From IMG/VR virus record IMGVR_UViG_3300046167_000525: DNA of 64,000 bases. One strand, written 5' to 3'. The notes below the pieces were generated by a model, which saw only the letters and a program-made list of their open reading frames with translations, had not been told where the DNA came from and did no database searches. This DNA is from an uncultured virus (IMG/VR IMGVR_UViG_3300046167_000525) (taxonomy: Duplodnaviria > Heunggongvirae > Uroviricota > Caudoviricetes > Crassvirales). Positions 18,423-28,808 of the stretch are shown in pieces; the first letter of the stretch is position 1, and the number at the start of each line of letters is the position of its first letter. The position numbers and the translations under genes are program-made.

Positions 18423-21400
18423 TATTTTTCTAGTTTTTCTAATCTAGCTTCCAATTCTGCAATTTTAGCAATTAATAAATCTATATAAGCAACAGACTTA
18501 AATCCTTGGCTGTCTTCTCTTACAAACTCAGGGTTGGTTTTTTCTAGCTCTTGCGCTATAACACCATATCTCTTCTGTCCTTTTTCTGTTTTTAATTCAA
18601 AAGTTTTCCAATCTACTTCAACTTTATTATCACATACTTTTTCAACATTTTCTTTTAGTCTTTCATCAGATGATAGTATAAAGTTTGCAGCTGTCACTGT
18701 AGATGTAAATCTACCGTCACCAGTCACATCTAACTTGTATGATGGACTTGTTTGACTTATACCTATGCTACCACTCGAGTTTAATATTATATCACCGCCA
18801 TCTGATGCTTTAATTTCAAAATTTCCAGTACCTGTGTGTATTATTTGAGAAAGTGCGTTAGCACCTGAATTATGTCTTATTATTCTTAAATTGTAAAAAC
18901 TAGTTGCTGCGGCATCACCTATCATGTCAATGTAAGCATACCCGTTACCGCTCCTATTTTGACCTATTTTTATTTTATGCTCACTTCTTGAACTACCTGT
19001 TGCTCCTATGAAAAGATCTTCAGTAAGCTCTATGTCACCATGAACGTCTAACTTTCTTCCTGCTGAGGGACTAGTCGTTCCAATCCCGACGTTACCAATC
19101 CCATCAATAACCATCCGTTGAGTTAAGTTAGCTGATGCGTTTGCGGTTTTAAATATTAAATTTGCTGCATTAGTGTTTGGGGGATATACTGATGCTAGTA
19201 TTTCTCCTCCGGCTTGCACCGCAGAACTTGAATTTGTTTTTCTAAGCCTTAAGCCATAACTAGTTTGAGAAGCACCTGCTGGAGAATTTATAGTTACGTG
19301 ACCAGTAACTTCTAATTTTGTGCTTGGCGAAGTCGTCCCTATACCTACGTTGCCACCTGAGGTAATACGCATTCTTTCCGCCGCGCTACCTCCAGCTATA
19401 AAGTTAATTGCTCCGTCGTTAGTTCCAGCCCTTAAAGTAACTAAATTAGTAGCAGTGTGTCTATATAATGTATTTTGCCTAGATCCAGTCGAACTTTGAG
19501 TTCTATATCCATTTTCAGCACCAGCCCCGGTTACGTCAGTTGTAAAAACTGAAATCCATTGCTCTCCTGATCCTTGAACAACCAGTTTATTACCAGGACT
19601 AGTCGTCCCGATACCGACGTTACCATCAAAGTAAGATGTTCCATCAGAGTTAACGTTCATTATTGGTACACCAGATATATCAGCAACTGAAAATATATCA
19701 CCAGATAAATCATCTGTAACTGAGAATAGCTGACCTTGTGTTCCTTGGACGTCAAGTTTAGCGTTAGGTGTTGCTGTTCCAATTCCAACATTTCCAATAT
19801 CCGTGATTCTCATTCTTTCAGACCCATCAGTATGCCATTTTATACCACCAGAAATTGTATAATTAACTTGTCCTGAGCTATCCCAATAAATTTGAGCTTT
19901 ATTAACATTATTAGCTTTAAGGAAAATACCCCCACTTAAATCTGTTCTTGCTGAACTAACACTTAAAGAGCTAGTGTTTGCTGATAAATTTGTTGGACTA
20001 GTCGTCCCGATACCAACGTTACCGTCGCTTTTAATATAAAAAGGAACTGTGCTACCTTGTCTTATTCTATAAGCGTTGCTAGCCGCTAAATCTATAGATG
20101 TAAGATTTGATGTTTGCCCTAATCTAAAAAAACCATTATCGTTTTCAAATCTAGCAATATCGCTTGTAGAGCCCGAGTCTACATGAAGTTTATTACCAGG
20201 ACTATCTGTCCCAATACCTACGTTGCCTCTATCTAAGACAAGATTATTATTGTAAGTTGTGCCGTTATTTTTAACATTAAAATTATAAGTAACAACGCTA
20301 CCATGCGGTATACTTGTATCAAGTTCTAAAAAGTAATTTGATTCGCTAGGACCATATGACCATCTTTGAGGTGATGAATTGTCAGCAAAAGCCACATTTA
20401 GCGGAGCCGCAGGACTAGTAGTTCCTATACCTACGTTGCCACCTTCTAAAATTGTTAAGTAAGTAGATTTATTTAAAGTACTGTTAACCCCATAACCAAA
20501 CGAAAGACTAGTATTATCATTCGCGCCAATACCCCAAGATTCTGTTGTACTGCCACTCACGGATGTGTTTGCTATTTCTACATAAGACTCTCCTCCAGCT
20601 CCTTCAATTCTAACGCTAGCGTCACCAGCTGTTGTTTTAAACAACGCTAATGGTTCAGATGTACTATCTTTTTCAACGTGGAACTTAGCACTAGGACTAG
20701 TTGTTCCAATCCCTACGTTACCACCTGCTGTAACTGTCAATCTTGTTAGCTGTGTAGAAGAACCTGATACTGTTCTTAATTTTATTTCACCTCCGTTTCC
20801 AGCAATAATATTTGTAGAAAAAGGACCACTATCATATTGAAGCATATTGAATCCATAGTAATCAGCTCCGTTTGTATATAGATGAAAAGCCTTTCCTGTT
20901 GCACTACCAAAATCTAATTTAACAGCAGGAGCAGTTGTTCCTATACCAACGTTACCTCCGTTGAAGTAGGAGTTTCCACTCATTGATATGTTTGCTATTT
21001 GAGTACCTGCAGCGTTTCTAAATCCGTAATTTTGGTCACCAAATACTCTGACGTAATTACCTCCATAAAAAGCATTATCACTGCCAGTGACTATTTGAGC
21101 TATACCAGCTACTTGAAGAGGTGTAGATGGATTAGTGATCCCGATCCCGACGTTGCCTCCGTTTAAAATAATACCCGAACCTGTTAATTGAACGCTAGAA
21201 GAGTTTTTATCAGAATATACCTGTATATCCCCATCAGCGTCTGTACCAACGTATCCATCTCTAACAGCATCTCTACCTACGAAATTTATATAGTTCCAAT
21301 CACTGGTGTCTGTTGATGTACTTTGAAGTGTTAGCTTTGGATCACCTGGTATTAATATATTTAAAGCACCAGTCAAAGGATAACTTGCTCCAGCCGAAAG

Positions 21401-22747
21401 CGGTAAGTAAGGACCGCCTGCGCCACCACCACTAGATACTGTAATATTACCAGAAGCATCTGATACTAAAGTACCTGCGCCATACGCATCTAGCTTTAAA
21501 CTACCAGCATTAGATATACGCATTTGTTCTTGCCCTGTCCCTGTAAAGAAACTTAAATATGCAGACCCCGTAGCGTCTGTGGAAATAGCTGATATTTTAG
21601 CTTTAACACCTTCATTGCCCGTGTCACTTGAATAAAATTCAATACCACCTATTATTTCATCAGCAGCTGCTGTAACGTCGTAATTAGTTAATCTTATTTG
21701 ATTTTCTCTAATGCCGGATATTTCTAACAGATTATTAGGACTAGTAGTCCCTATACCTACGTTACCGTCTCCTTTGATAACCATTTTTTGGGTAGCGTGA
21801 TTTAAATTAGCTACATCATTATTATGAGTATAAAAATTAAGTTGTGTACCCCAATGAGATGCGTTATCACTCCTCGACCCAGTAATTCCACTCCAATGCG
21901 TTCCAGTTGTACTGCTTCCTGTGGCAAAATAAATACCAACCATATCATCTGCATTAGAAGTTAAAACGTTTCTAATACCCTTCATATTACTTGCGGAATC
22001 CAATGTAGCTGAGTAAGCGTTTGCTCCTGTTGACGCTACGTTTAATTTAGAGGCAGGACTCGTAGCCCCAATCCCTACGTTACCGTCTGAGTCAATACGC
22101 ATTCTTTCACTCCAAGTAACTGTACTATCAGCAGCAGCACTTGCTGAATTTTGGAATTTAAGCACATCACCATCTAAAAACATTCTCGAAGATGTACCAG
22201 TTACTCTTTTCTTATCTACATTACTAGAATTTATATAATAGTTATTAGCAACTATAGAATCAGAACCAGTAGCTGATTTTCTTGCTATAAATGAAAGTGA
22301 TGCTCCAACAAATAATGTTCGCCAAGTGGGTCCTGCTGTTTCAGGTGTTGTTCCTATTCCTACATCTCCAGAACTATCTATTGTTATGTTTTCGGTAGTA
22401 CCATCTCCCGCAAAGAAACTTAATTCTTCATTTGTTCCACCAAAATCGATATGTGCTCTGTCTACGCCATTTTCATTTTTAAATTGTATTAAAGTTGTCG
22501 CACCAGCACTTGACCTCTGTAAATTCAATCTTGACTTTAAAGATACCTCACCATCAAAGTAAGAATTTCCACTTGAGTTGACATCGAATATTGGTACACC
22601 AGATATATCTGACACAGCGAATATAGATCCGCTTAAGTCGTCGGTTACTGAAAACAGTTGCCCTTGTGAACCCTGTATGTCTACTACAGTACCACCTGAA
22701 GCACCTTCTACAATTAATCCTTTTCTTATTTTAAATTCGTTTGCCAT
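18422..22747 (-). CDS. Tail fibre with C-terminal intramolecular chaperone (peptidase S74)
   Basis: About 13 GNVGIGTTxP repeats; SDERLKEN..YGVIAQELE..VAYIDL tail. Confidence 0.85.
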   Translation of the reverse strand: MANEFKIRKGLIVEGASGGTVVDIQGSQGQLFSVTDDLSGSIFAVSDISGVPIFDVNSSGNSYFDGEVSLKSRLNLQRSSAGATTLIQFKNENGVDRAHIDFGGTNEELSFFAGDGTTENITIDSSGDVGIGTTPETAGPTWRTLFVGASLSFIARKSATGSDSIVANNYYINSSNVDKKRVTGTSSRMFLDGDVLKFQNSASAAADSTVTWSERMRIDSDGNVGIGATSPASKLNVASTGANAYSATLDSASNMKGIRNVLTSNADDMVGIYFATGSSTTGTHWSGITGSRSDNASHWGTQLNFYTHNNDVANLNHATQKMVIKGDGNVGIGTTSPNNLLEISGIRENQIRLTNYDVTAAADEIIGGIEFYSSDTGNEGVKAKISAISTDATGSAYLSFFTGTGQEQMRISNAGSLKLDAYGAGTLVSDASGNITVSSGGGAGGPYLPLSAGASYPLTGALNILIPGDPKLTLQSTSTDTSDWNYINFVGRDAVRDGYVGTDADGDIQVYSDKNSSSVQLTGSGIILNGGNVGIGITNPSTPLQVAGIAQIVTGSDNAFYGGNYVRVFGDQNYGFRNAAGTQIANISMSGNSYFNGGNVGIGTTAPAVKLDFGSATGKAFHLYTNGADYYGFNMLQYDSGPFSTNIIAGNGGEIKLRTVSGSSTQLTRLTVTAGGNVGIGTTSPSAKFHVEKDSTSEPLALFKTTAGDASVRIEGAGGESYVEIANTSVSGSTTESWGIGANDNTSLSFGYGVNSTLNKSTYLTILEGGNVGIGTTSPAAPLNVAFADNSSPQRWSYGPSESNYFLELDTSIPHGSVVTYNFNVKNNGTTYNNNLVLDRGNVGIGTDSPGNKLHVDSGSTSDIARFENDNGFFRLGQTSNLTSIDLAASNAYRIRQGSTVPFYIKSDGNVGIGTTSPTNLSANTSSLSVSSARTDLSGGIFLKANNVNKAQIYWDSSGQVNYTISGGIKWHTDGSERMRITDIGNVGIGTATPNAKLDVQGTQGQLFSVTDDLSGDIFSVADISGVPIMNVNSDGTSYFDGNVGIGTTSPGNKLVVQGSGEQWISVFTTDVTGAGAENGYRTQSSTGSRQNTLYRHTATNLVTLRAGTNDGAINFIAGGSAAERMRITSGGNVGIGTTSPSTKLEVTGHVTINSPAGASQTSYGLRLRKTNSSSAVQAGGEILASVYPPNTNAANLIFKTANASANLTQRMVIDGIGNVGIGTTSPSAGRKLDVHGDIELTEDLFIGATGSSRSEHKIKIGQNRSGNGYAYIDMIGDAAATSFYNLRIIRHNSGANALSQIIHTGTGNFEIKASDGGDIILNSSGSIGISQTSPSYKLDVTGDGRFTSTVTAANFILSSDERLKENVEKVCDNKVEVDWKTFELKTEKGQKRYGVIAQELEKTNPEFVREDSQGFKSVAYIDLLIAKIAELEARLEKLEK

Positions 22748-22782
22748 ATTTTTTACCCTTCATTTTCCAGGTTATTTTTTAG

Positions 22783-23451
22783 TTATAAGAATCTTGATTT
22801 TTGTGCGTTATAATTTTGTAATACTTCCGCGTCTGTTAACGCTGTGTTATAAATTAAAGTGTTTGATATGCTTCCTGCAAACGCATAAGAGTTACTATAA
22901 CTCCAACCAATAGTTCTTATAGAAAAATCATTAGTTGAACCAGTTCTTGTAACATTTACTTGTATGCCATCTATATATAATTTATAAGTACTACCACTCC
23001 TTGTTGCTGTAATTTGAGACCATTTGTTACAATAAACACTTGAAGCTACATTAAAAATAGCTCCTGTTTCATTATTTACCGCTACTCTAATTTCACCTTG
23101 TGAAGACCTATACCAAATATATCCCCTGTATTCTTGCACTGGTGTTGTTTGATGATAACCTCCCCCAATAGACATTCTGGAAGTTGACGAAGGAAATTGT
23201 ATCCATTGAGTTATTGTAAAATCATTTAATACAATTGCAGTTCCAGAGTTTAATACTATCTGATCATCAATTCCATCAAAACCCCATTTACCTCCTTGAT
23301 TTGAGTTGTAGCTAACACCGTTGACTAAAGCTACAGTATTCGTGCCCGCTAAATCGGTAACGCTTGTTCCACTTCCTGGATAGCTTCTTTCACTCCCTGC
23401 ATCTATAGCAAATACTAATCCGTCTGTTATTATATCTGGTCCTGTATACAT
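22783..23451 (-). CDS. LamG/concanavalin-A-like protein (paralog 1)
   Basis: FDGIDD..WSQITAT..LYIDG..FAGSI..YNTALT. Confidence 0.8.
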   Translation of the reverse strand: MYTGPDIITDGLVFAIDAGSERSYPGSGTSVTDLAGTNTVALVNGVSYNSNQGGKWGFDGIDDQIVLNSGTAIVLNDFTITQWIQFPSSTSRMSIGGGYHQTTPVQEYRGYIWYRSSQGEIRVAVNNETGAIFNVASSVYCNKWSQITATRSGSTYKLYIDGIQVNVTRTGSTNDFSIRTIGWSYSNSYAFAGSISNTLIYNTALTDAEVLQNYNAQKSRFL

Positions 23452-24059
23452 TATATAAATCTGTTTTTTTGTGCGTTATAATTTTGTTGAGACTCTGCTG
23501 CTGTCAAATTCCTATCATAAATCATTATACTAGCTATCTCTCCATTGCCAAACTGATAATTTGTATAGGTATTAAATCCGTGATACCCAAAAGTAGATAA
23601 ATTTACAGCTTTAAACTCAACCATATGCCACTCTCCATCAATTAAATTATCGTATATGTTATTGTATAAAACTAAATCTTGATAATACTGAGGGCTTCCT
23701 ACTCCGCTGCCATTATAAAATTTACTACTTGATTTATAAGCACCGACATAAGAACTAGGAGAAGTTGTTGGTTCCCATAGCAAAGATTGTCCGTCTGTTG
23801 TTTTTATCCAAAACTGCATAGTACAAGTAGTGCTTGATGTAATATTTCCACTAAATACAGCTCCTCCGCCACTCACTTGGGTCATTGAAAATGTTCCTAT
23901 TGAATTCCAACTAAGCGCCGCTCCAAAAGTAAAGTCATAACCATTACCGCTTAAATCTTTCCAAGCTGTCCCTGTACCTGGGTAACTTCTTTCAGACCCT
24001 GCATCTAACGCTAATACTAATCCGTCTGTTATTATATCTGGTCCACCGTATGCTCCCAT
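23451..24059 (-). CDS. LamG/concanavalin-A-like protein (paralog 2)
   Basis: Shares N- and C-termini with its paralogs; DGEWHMV..IYDRNLT. Confidence 0.7.
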   Translation of the reverse strand: MGAYGGPDIITDGLVLALDAGSERSYPGTGTAWKDLSGNGYDFTFGAALSWNSIGTFSMTQVSGGGAVFSGNITSSTTCTMQFWIKTTDGQSLLWEPTTSPSSYVGAYKSSSKFYNGSGVGSPQYYQDLVLYNNIYDNLIDGEWHMVEFKAVNLSTFGYHGFNTYTNYQFGNGEIASIMIYDRNLTAAESQQNYNAQKNRFI

Positions 24060-24060
24060 A

Positions 24061-24303
24061 TTATTCTTCTTCTATTGGACTAGTCCATTCTGGAGTAGCC
24101 ATTAAAGCTAAAATCTCTTCGTGGGTATAAGGTCCTTCGTATGAACTTAATGTTGATACAAATGAAGGTTCATCACCCTCCCACTTTAATACTGTTTGTA
24201 AACCATCAACTGATAGTCTAACTGTTTCTTCTGATGTCTCCATAACTTGATTGAAATCAACCAATGCTATTTCAGACATATTTATTGTAATGTATGTTAT
24301 CAT
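24061..24303 (-). CDS. Small acidic hypothetical protein
   Basis: 80-aa ORF between LamG genes. Confidence 0.6.
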   Translation of the reverse strand: MITYITINMSEIALVDFNQVMETSEETVRLSVDGLQTVLKWEGDEPSFVSTLSSYEGPYTHEEILALMATPEWTSPIEEE

Positions 24304-24941
24304 AATCCGTATCTTGATTTTTGTGCGTTATAATTTTGTGTTACTTCAGCTTGAGTTAATGCTTTTGCGTTGTACAATAATAAGTTGCTTATTTTACCAT
24401 TAAAACAGTTATGTGTTGCAGAGGTACTTAACCTTCCTATATCATACCCAGTTGCGATAGGATTATCAAGACCTACACTGGATGCAACCTGTGCGCCGTC
24501 AACGTAAATTATTCCTGTTGTTCCGTTCCAAGTTAAAACACAATTGTGCCACGCGTTAATATCAACTACATTTGATACTTGAAACAGAGGACCTCCAACG
24601 TGGGCTAAAATTCTACCGCTACTGTTTAAACCAAGCCAAATTTCTGTACCTGCTGAAAAAATAGCATACCAACCTCCAGTTCCCTCTTTATAAACCCAAG
24701 ATGAAAGACTAAAGCTACCAGCGGGGCATTGGCTACCGATATCTATATAATCATCTATTCCGTCAAAATCAAATACACCACCATTAATACTCTGGTAAGT
24801 TACACCGTTAGTTAAAGTCCCAGTGTTTGAGCCAACTAAGTTATTAAGTGTTGTTGTTCCATCATAGCTTCTTTCACTCCCTGCATCCATAGCGTATACT
24901 AATCCATCTGTTACTATATTTGGTCCTCTATAAAATCCCAT
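24300..24941 (-). CDS. LamG/concanavalin-A-like protein (paralog 3)
   Basis: FDFDGIDDYI..WHNCVLTWNG..IYVDG..FNGKI. Confidence 0.8.
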   Translation of the reverse strand: MGFYRGPNIVTDGLVYAMDAGSERSYDGTTTLNNLVGSNTGTLTNGVTYQSINGGVFDFDGIDDYIDIGSQCPAGSFSLSSWVYKEGTGGWYAIFSAGTEIWLGLNSSGRILAHVGGPLFQVSNVVDINAWHNCVLTWNGTTGIIYVDGAQVASSVGLDNPIATGYDIGRLSTSATHNCFNGKISNLLLYNAKALTQAEVTQNYNAQKSRYGL

Positions 24942-27900
24942 TATATTGCTTTTATTAATGATTTAACACTCCAGTCATCTGAAGTCACTGTTGCTAATAA
25001 TCTCATATTAGCTCCTGATATATCTACACTTAGCGTAACATCCGATGTGTCACCTAAGTCATTGGTCGATGTTTCTGTAAATTCTACTAAAGGAGTTGTA
25101 TCTCCGTTATGACAAGCGTAAACTGTACCTGATCTTACATTTGTACCTTTCTTAACAACAAAGTCAAAGAAAGCTGCTGTATAAGTAGCGTGTGCAACCT
25201 GAGCAACTACTTCAGCCCCTGTATCTATATCTGTATTTTGTTCAAAGTTTATTAAACCGTTTGTATTTACATTTATACTACCAGCAACTGTTAAATCAGC
25301 TGTAGTAGCTGATGTGGATTTTAACTCCATTGTATATGTGCTAGTAGCACCGCCATGATACAATTTACCCCATCTTAGTCGTGAATCTGTAGAGCCATTA
25401 AACACACAGTTTATTTGACCAACCATATGGGTATCATTGTAACCATAAGCAAAAGTTATTGATTTGCTTTCACCAGCAGTCCAATTTCCATCTATATCAA
25501 TCGCTCTAGTTTCTCCGCCACTTGTAGAACCTATGTTTAATTGTGCTAGATTATTTGGAGGAGTAGTATTGTTAATTATTACTTTTCCATCAACCACTAA
25601 CTTCTCACTAGGACTAGTCGTCCCAATCCCGACGTTTCCACCGTTTAAGTACGAATTACCTGAGGACTGTATTAAATTTGCTGTTACTCCAGCATTAGTT
25701 ACTGTTTCAATTACACCATCATTGGCGCTATCTGTATAAAATCTATGAGTTTCGTTTCCAGCATTGTTTTGAAATGAAACTAAATCAATATTACCAGGTG
25801 AACCACCCTTAACAACTAAAGCATCACCAGGAGTAGTAGTACCTATACCTACGTTGCCTGAGTTTTTAAATATAGTATTAGTAGCTAAAGAGCTAGAACC
25901 TATTTCTAGCACATTTGAAGAATTTAATTTTAATATATCTCTAAACGCTCCTGAACTATCTTTAGTTATAATACCTATGTTATTATTCATAGCCAAATCA
26001 CCGGTAAGTATCTCTCCTGAACCAGCTGAAAGTGGTAAGTAAGCTCCTACAGGTGTTGGTCCAAATGCACCAGTACCTAATTCTCTTTTTTGTATTTGAT
26101 TACTTGCAGAGGTTACTAATTGTACTGATATATTATCTATGCTCCCAATAGTATTTGGGGAAGATTGAAGATATATTCTATTATTGGCTGAAGCGTTAGT
26201 AGTAGTAAATGTTTCAGCATATGTACCATTAGTAGTTCTTCCTGGAGTCGCTCCATATCCTCCTATATTTATTTGAAATTGACCTTGTGTAATTCCAGAT
26301 ATAGTATAAACAACTTTGTAGGTATTTCCTGGTCCTGATGACGGTAAAACGTTTGGTTGTTCAAAATAACGAGTAGAAGAGTTAACTACGCAATTAGCTT
26401 TTCCGTTAGCTATACTCCAGGCAGCAGCACCACCTTGCTCTGTCCAGTCTGTATTTGTTGCGAAATCCCCATTTGTTACTAAATCTGCACCTATAGTTTC
26501 ATTTGCTACTAATACAGAAACTGAGTCTGTATTAAATGGTAAATCAGAAACACCAAATGTTCCGTCTACGTCTAATTTAAAATCAGGTGAAGTAGTATTA
26601 ATCCCTACGTTTTTATCTGTGTCTATAGTAACTGCAGTTGCATTGTTTTGAACAAGTACAACTTGAGTATTTGAGTCAGAACCTATTCTTGTAGTATTAC
26701 CTTCTTGCTGGAATATACCAGCACCAGCATTTGTATCGTTTATATATATATAAGGGTTTGATGCATTTGCAACTGTTACGTTGGTTCCATTTACAGCAAC
26801 ATTACCCGAAAAAGTTGCGTTACCATCTGATAAGATGGTCATAGCTGTAGTAGTACCATTAACTATAAACTTCTGACCAAAACCTGACTGAGCTTGTTGT
26901 TTTAAATAATCACTTTCAAAATATGAATACGCCTTTGTTGCTGAGTTTACTGTATACACTATACCACCTGAGTACGCGGCTGTTCCGTTTAAACTTAACC
27001 ATTTTGCAGACCCTCCTCCTGATTGAGGACTAGTAGTTCCAATCCCGACGTTACCTGCACTATCAAAACGCATTGTCTCATACCATCCACCATTATAGCG
27101 ACCAATACCAAGTTCAGCATTAGCAACACGAGTAAATACAATGTCTCTTGAATTTGGATTATTCCCTAAGTAATAAGAAGTGCCACTACCAATTGAACTA
27201 GTATCACCGTAAGCTAATACACCACCTGCAATTACTAGTTTTTCACCTGGAGCTGTAGTCCCTATACCTACGTTACCATCTGAATCAATACGCATTCTTT
27301 CTGTGTTTGCAGTAGAGAGCTTTATATTGCTAGAACCTACAGAATTTAAAGATATATTACCATTTCCTTGTACTATAGTTTCAGATGAAGCGTGGAAGTT
27401 TATTAAACGTAGCGCACTATTAAAATTATCTAATCTCCCAGTTTCTGTCCCTGATATTCTTAGACTCAAAGACCCAAGAGTCGCGTTGTCTGCTATAAAG
27501 TTACTTGATGTCCTTATATCTCCTGCCACATCTAACTTAGCCCCAGGACTAGTTGTCCCGATACCGACGTTGCCTGAGGATTGTACGTTAAACAAGTTGC
27601 CTGCAGTTCCACCAAAAGATGTTACATTAACAAGGTTTGCTGTTTGCCCATTTTTTGAAAGGATTGATAAAGGTATATGTGATGTGGCTGAAGGATTAAT
27701 TTCTAAAACTCCAGTTCCATTAAACCCGTAGCTGCTATTAATTTGAAATCCGTTATCACTAATTGCTCCACCGCCTCCTGATATTACAAGTTTAGCCCCA
27801 GGAGCAGTCGTCCCGATACCTACGTTGCCACTGGTTGCAATGTAAAGCTGTTGTGTACCTCCTGTGGTACCTAAGCTCAATGGACCAGTAGTATTTTGCA

Positions 27901-28789
27901 AATACCCATAACTACTACCAATAACTAATTTAAGAGTATCAGAAGTGTCTGTTCTTTCTAGAGATAACTGTGCTCCACTTCCGCTGTTTGCAATATGAAG
28001 GTTTGTAAGAGGATCAGTCGTCCCGATCCCGACGTTACCATCAAAGTAAGATACACCGCTTGAATTCACGGTCATAATAGGTACTCCTGATATGTCAGAC
28101 ACAGCAAATATCTCTCCTGATAAATCATCAGTTACAGAAAATAATTGTCCTTGAGTTCCTTGTACGTCTAAGACTGAACCAGGTGTAGGTGTTCCAATAC
28201 CTAAACGTTGATTATCGTGATCTATATATAAAGGTGTTGGCACATCGTTGCTCCTCATTATAGAAGATACAGTGATCGATCCAGCATTACCGCCAGATAC
28301 TTTACCAACTAAACCTACGTTTTGTATAAAATTAACTCCTGTTGGTTTTGTGAGTGTAAGTCCACCGCCGGGTTTTACATATATTGTATCTCCAGTTGTA
28401 GGTGTTACACCGTCTATAGGCGATGTTGTAAAGTTTAAAAGCTCACCTGTTATTACTACGTTACCAAAATCATTGTTATCAATGTCAGTTTGTAATAAAC
28501 CTATAGCAGCCATTTTATCTTCGTCAGAAGCATCGGCCTCAGCTACTTCAATAACATCTGTAGCACCAACTGTACCTGTTTGATAAACTGGAGTACCTTT
28601 GGTTATGGTTGCACCTGAAGTATTTTTACAAGCTATCACAACTAATTTAGAAGCCGCTGAAATTATAGCATCTTGGTCTATCCAGTCAACTTGACTACCA
28701 GTTGAAGCCAATATCTGTCCATTGCTTCCAGTCTGACCGTCTTTATCTTTTATACCAGCCTGTACTTCTATATCGCTTTTAAACTTCAT
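24941..28789 (-). CDS. Tail fibre protein with an internal CBM-like domain
   Basis: About 8 GNVGIGTT-type repeats; LVTNGDF..IDNISVQ module. Confidence 0.8.
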   Translation of the reverse strand: MKFKSDIEVQAGIKDKDGQTGSNGQILASTGSQVDWIDQDAIISAASKLVVIACKNTSGATITKGTPVYQTGTVGATDVIEVAEADASDEDKMAAIGLLQTDIDNNDFGNVVITGELLNFTTSPIDGVTPTTGDTIYVKPGGGLTLTKPTGVNFIQNVGLVGKVSGGNAGSITVSSIMRSNDVPTPLYIDHDNQRLGIGTPTPGSVLDVQGTQGQLFSVTDDLSGEIFAVSDISGVPIMTVNSSGVSYFDGNVGIGTTDPLTNLHIANSGSGAQLSLERTDTSDTLKLVIGSSYGYLQNTTGPLSLGTTGGTQQLYIATSGNVGIGTTAPGAKLVISGGGGAISDNGFQINSSYGFNGTGVLEINPSATSHIPLSILSKNGQTANLVNVTSFGGTAGNLFNVQSSGNVGIGTTSPGAKLDVAGDIRTSSNFIADNATLGSLSLRISGTETGRLDNFNSALRLINFHASSETIVQGNGNISLNSVGSSNIKLSTANTERMRIDSDGNVGIGTTAPGEKLVIAGGVLAYGDTSSIGSGTSYYLGNNPNSRDIVFTRVANAELGIGRYNGGWYETMRFDSAGNVGIGTTSPQSGGGSAKWLSLNGTAAYSGGIVYTVNSATKAYSYFESDYLKQQAQSGFGQKFIVNGTTTAMTILSDGNATFSGNVAVNGTNVTVANASNPYIYINDTNAGAGIFQQEGNTTRIGSDSNTQVVLVQNNATAVTIDTDKNVGINTTSPDFKLDVDGTFGVSDLPFNTDSVSVLVANETIGADLVTNGDFATNTDWTEQGGAAAWSIANGKANCVVNSSTRYFEQPNVLPSSGPGNTYKVVYTISGITQGQFQINIGGYGATPGRTTNGTYAETFTTTNASANNRIYLQSSPNTIGSIDNISVQLVTSASNQIQKRELGTGAFGPTPVGAYLPLSAGSGEILTGDLAMNNNIGIITKDSSGAFRDILKLNSSNVLEIGSSSLATNTIFKNSGNVGIGTTTPGDALVVKGGSPGNIDLVSFQNNAGNETHRFYTDSANDGVIETVTNAGVTANLIQSSGNSYLNGGNVGIGTTSPSEKLVVDGKVIINNTTPPNNLAQLNIGSTSGGETRAIDIDGNWTAGESKSITFAYGYNDTHMVGQINCVFNGSTDSRLRWGKLYHGGATSTYTMELKSTSATTADLTVAGSINVNTNGLINFEQNTDIDTGAEVVAQVAHATYTAAFFDFVVKKGTNVRSGTVYACHNGDTTPLVEFTETSTNDLGDTSDVTLSVDISGANMRLLATVTSDDWSVKSLIKAI

Positions 28790-28808
28790 GTACTAAATTT
28801 TATTATTA

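Noticed and set aside
17430..28789. Diversity-generating retroelement or invertase shufflon acting on the fibre genes
   Set aside because: No reverse transcriptase or site-specific recombinase is seen, and no adenine-specific TR/VR pair was noticed
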